Shown one piece after another: positions 63,506 through 64,000 of a DNA stretch of 64,000 nt. Position numbers and translations under genes: made by a program. The stretch comes from Polymyxa betae A26-41 (Eukaryota > Protista > Endomyxa: Phytomyxea), in contig RBZT01000667.1 of the NCBI GenBank assembly GCA_003693705.1, positions 1 through 64,000 on the forward strand. The letters run 5' to 3'. Each line of letters opens with the position of its first letter. Positions within the stretch are counted from its first letter, which is position 1. The notes beneath the pieces are model-generated. The model worked only from the letters and a program-made list of their open reading frames with translations. It did no database searches and was not told where the DNA came from.

Positions 63506-64000
63506 ATGCGCTTTCTCGATGATGAGGCCGATGAGGTTGAAGTCGATCGTGAGGCCGTGGAGGCTGGTGATGAGGGCGATTTGACTACGACGAAGGCGCG
63601 GTCAATGGTGTTTACTTTCCATGTGAATCAAGAAATTTGGCTGGATGGTGTTAACATGGGCCCGGCTCCGGTTGATGGCGTTCCTGATCCGGAGGTTTTG
63701 CTGCGGTCGTTGCCGGCGAAGTATCTCGTGTGGGGCCGCGAGGTCGCCCCCGAGACCGGCGCTTTTCATCTCCAGGGTTATGTCCAATGGCGGAGCCCGA
63801 TGTCGTTTAAGTCCGTACATAATAAGTTAAAGCCCTACAAGGTTTGGCTGAAAAGGGCTTACGGCAATGCCGCGGCGAACCGCGAGTATTGCACGAAGTC
63901 CGGCGATTTCGTGGAGGTGGGCAAGCGTCCTCCCGACGGGTCCGTCGAAGGCGGTACCCGTTGGGAGGAGGCGGTTGAGCTTGCCCGCTGCGGTCGAATC
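63506..64000 (+). mobile_element. rep: CRESS-DNA-virus-type replication initiator (HUH Rep), putative endogenous viral element; runs off window
   Basis: 165 open codons: MRFLDDEADEVE..., motif I VFTFH (63608-63622), KYLVWGREVAPETG, motif II HLQGY (63767-63781), motif III NREYCTK (Y at 63887), then GTRWEEAVELARCGRI. Confidence 0.92.

Noticed and set aside
63372-63830. ORF-track entries 63372-63584, 63602-63820 and 63645-63830
   Set aside because: They are alternative-frame or antisense shadows of the GC-rich Rep frame, with no recognisable motifs.

Overview
This is a gene-dense eukaryotic nuclear window: about 45% GC, many short (roughly 40-60 nt) GT-AG introns, and intergenic gaps often under 100 bp. 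Flagellar genes, the intron size, the GC level and a TTTTAGGG-like motif suggest a plasmodiophorid (Phytomyxea, possibly Spongospora), but that is inference only. The first 2 kb is nested transposon debris (PIF/Harbinger and Copia gag). About 25 housekeeping genes follow: FolD, FBXO7-like, TBC1D19, LRRC49, TMEM201/Ima1, ODAD1, G-patch, TAPT1, WDR61, a 12.6 kb DNA-PKcs, aromatic amino acid decarboxylase, xylulokinase, a pseudokinase, APC10, BRCA1/BARD1-like, DGAT2, TSC1, VAC14, MRPL35 and an ABCC transporter. Main highlights: (1) an uninterrupted, GC-rich CRESS-DNA-virus-type HUH Rep gene that starts at about 63506 and runs off the window; the ORF track misses it because it has no stop; (2) a decayed gene combining a signal peptide, an HNH-like Zn motif, C2H2 fingers and a C-terminal TM helix, with many stops explainable by C-to-T changes; (3) a BRCA1/BARD1-like gene carrying a complete PZP chromatin-reader module; (4) a compact TSC1. 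Exon boundaries were read by eye and are approximate.
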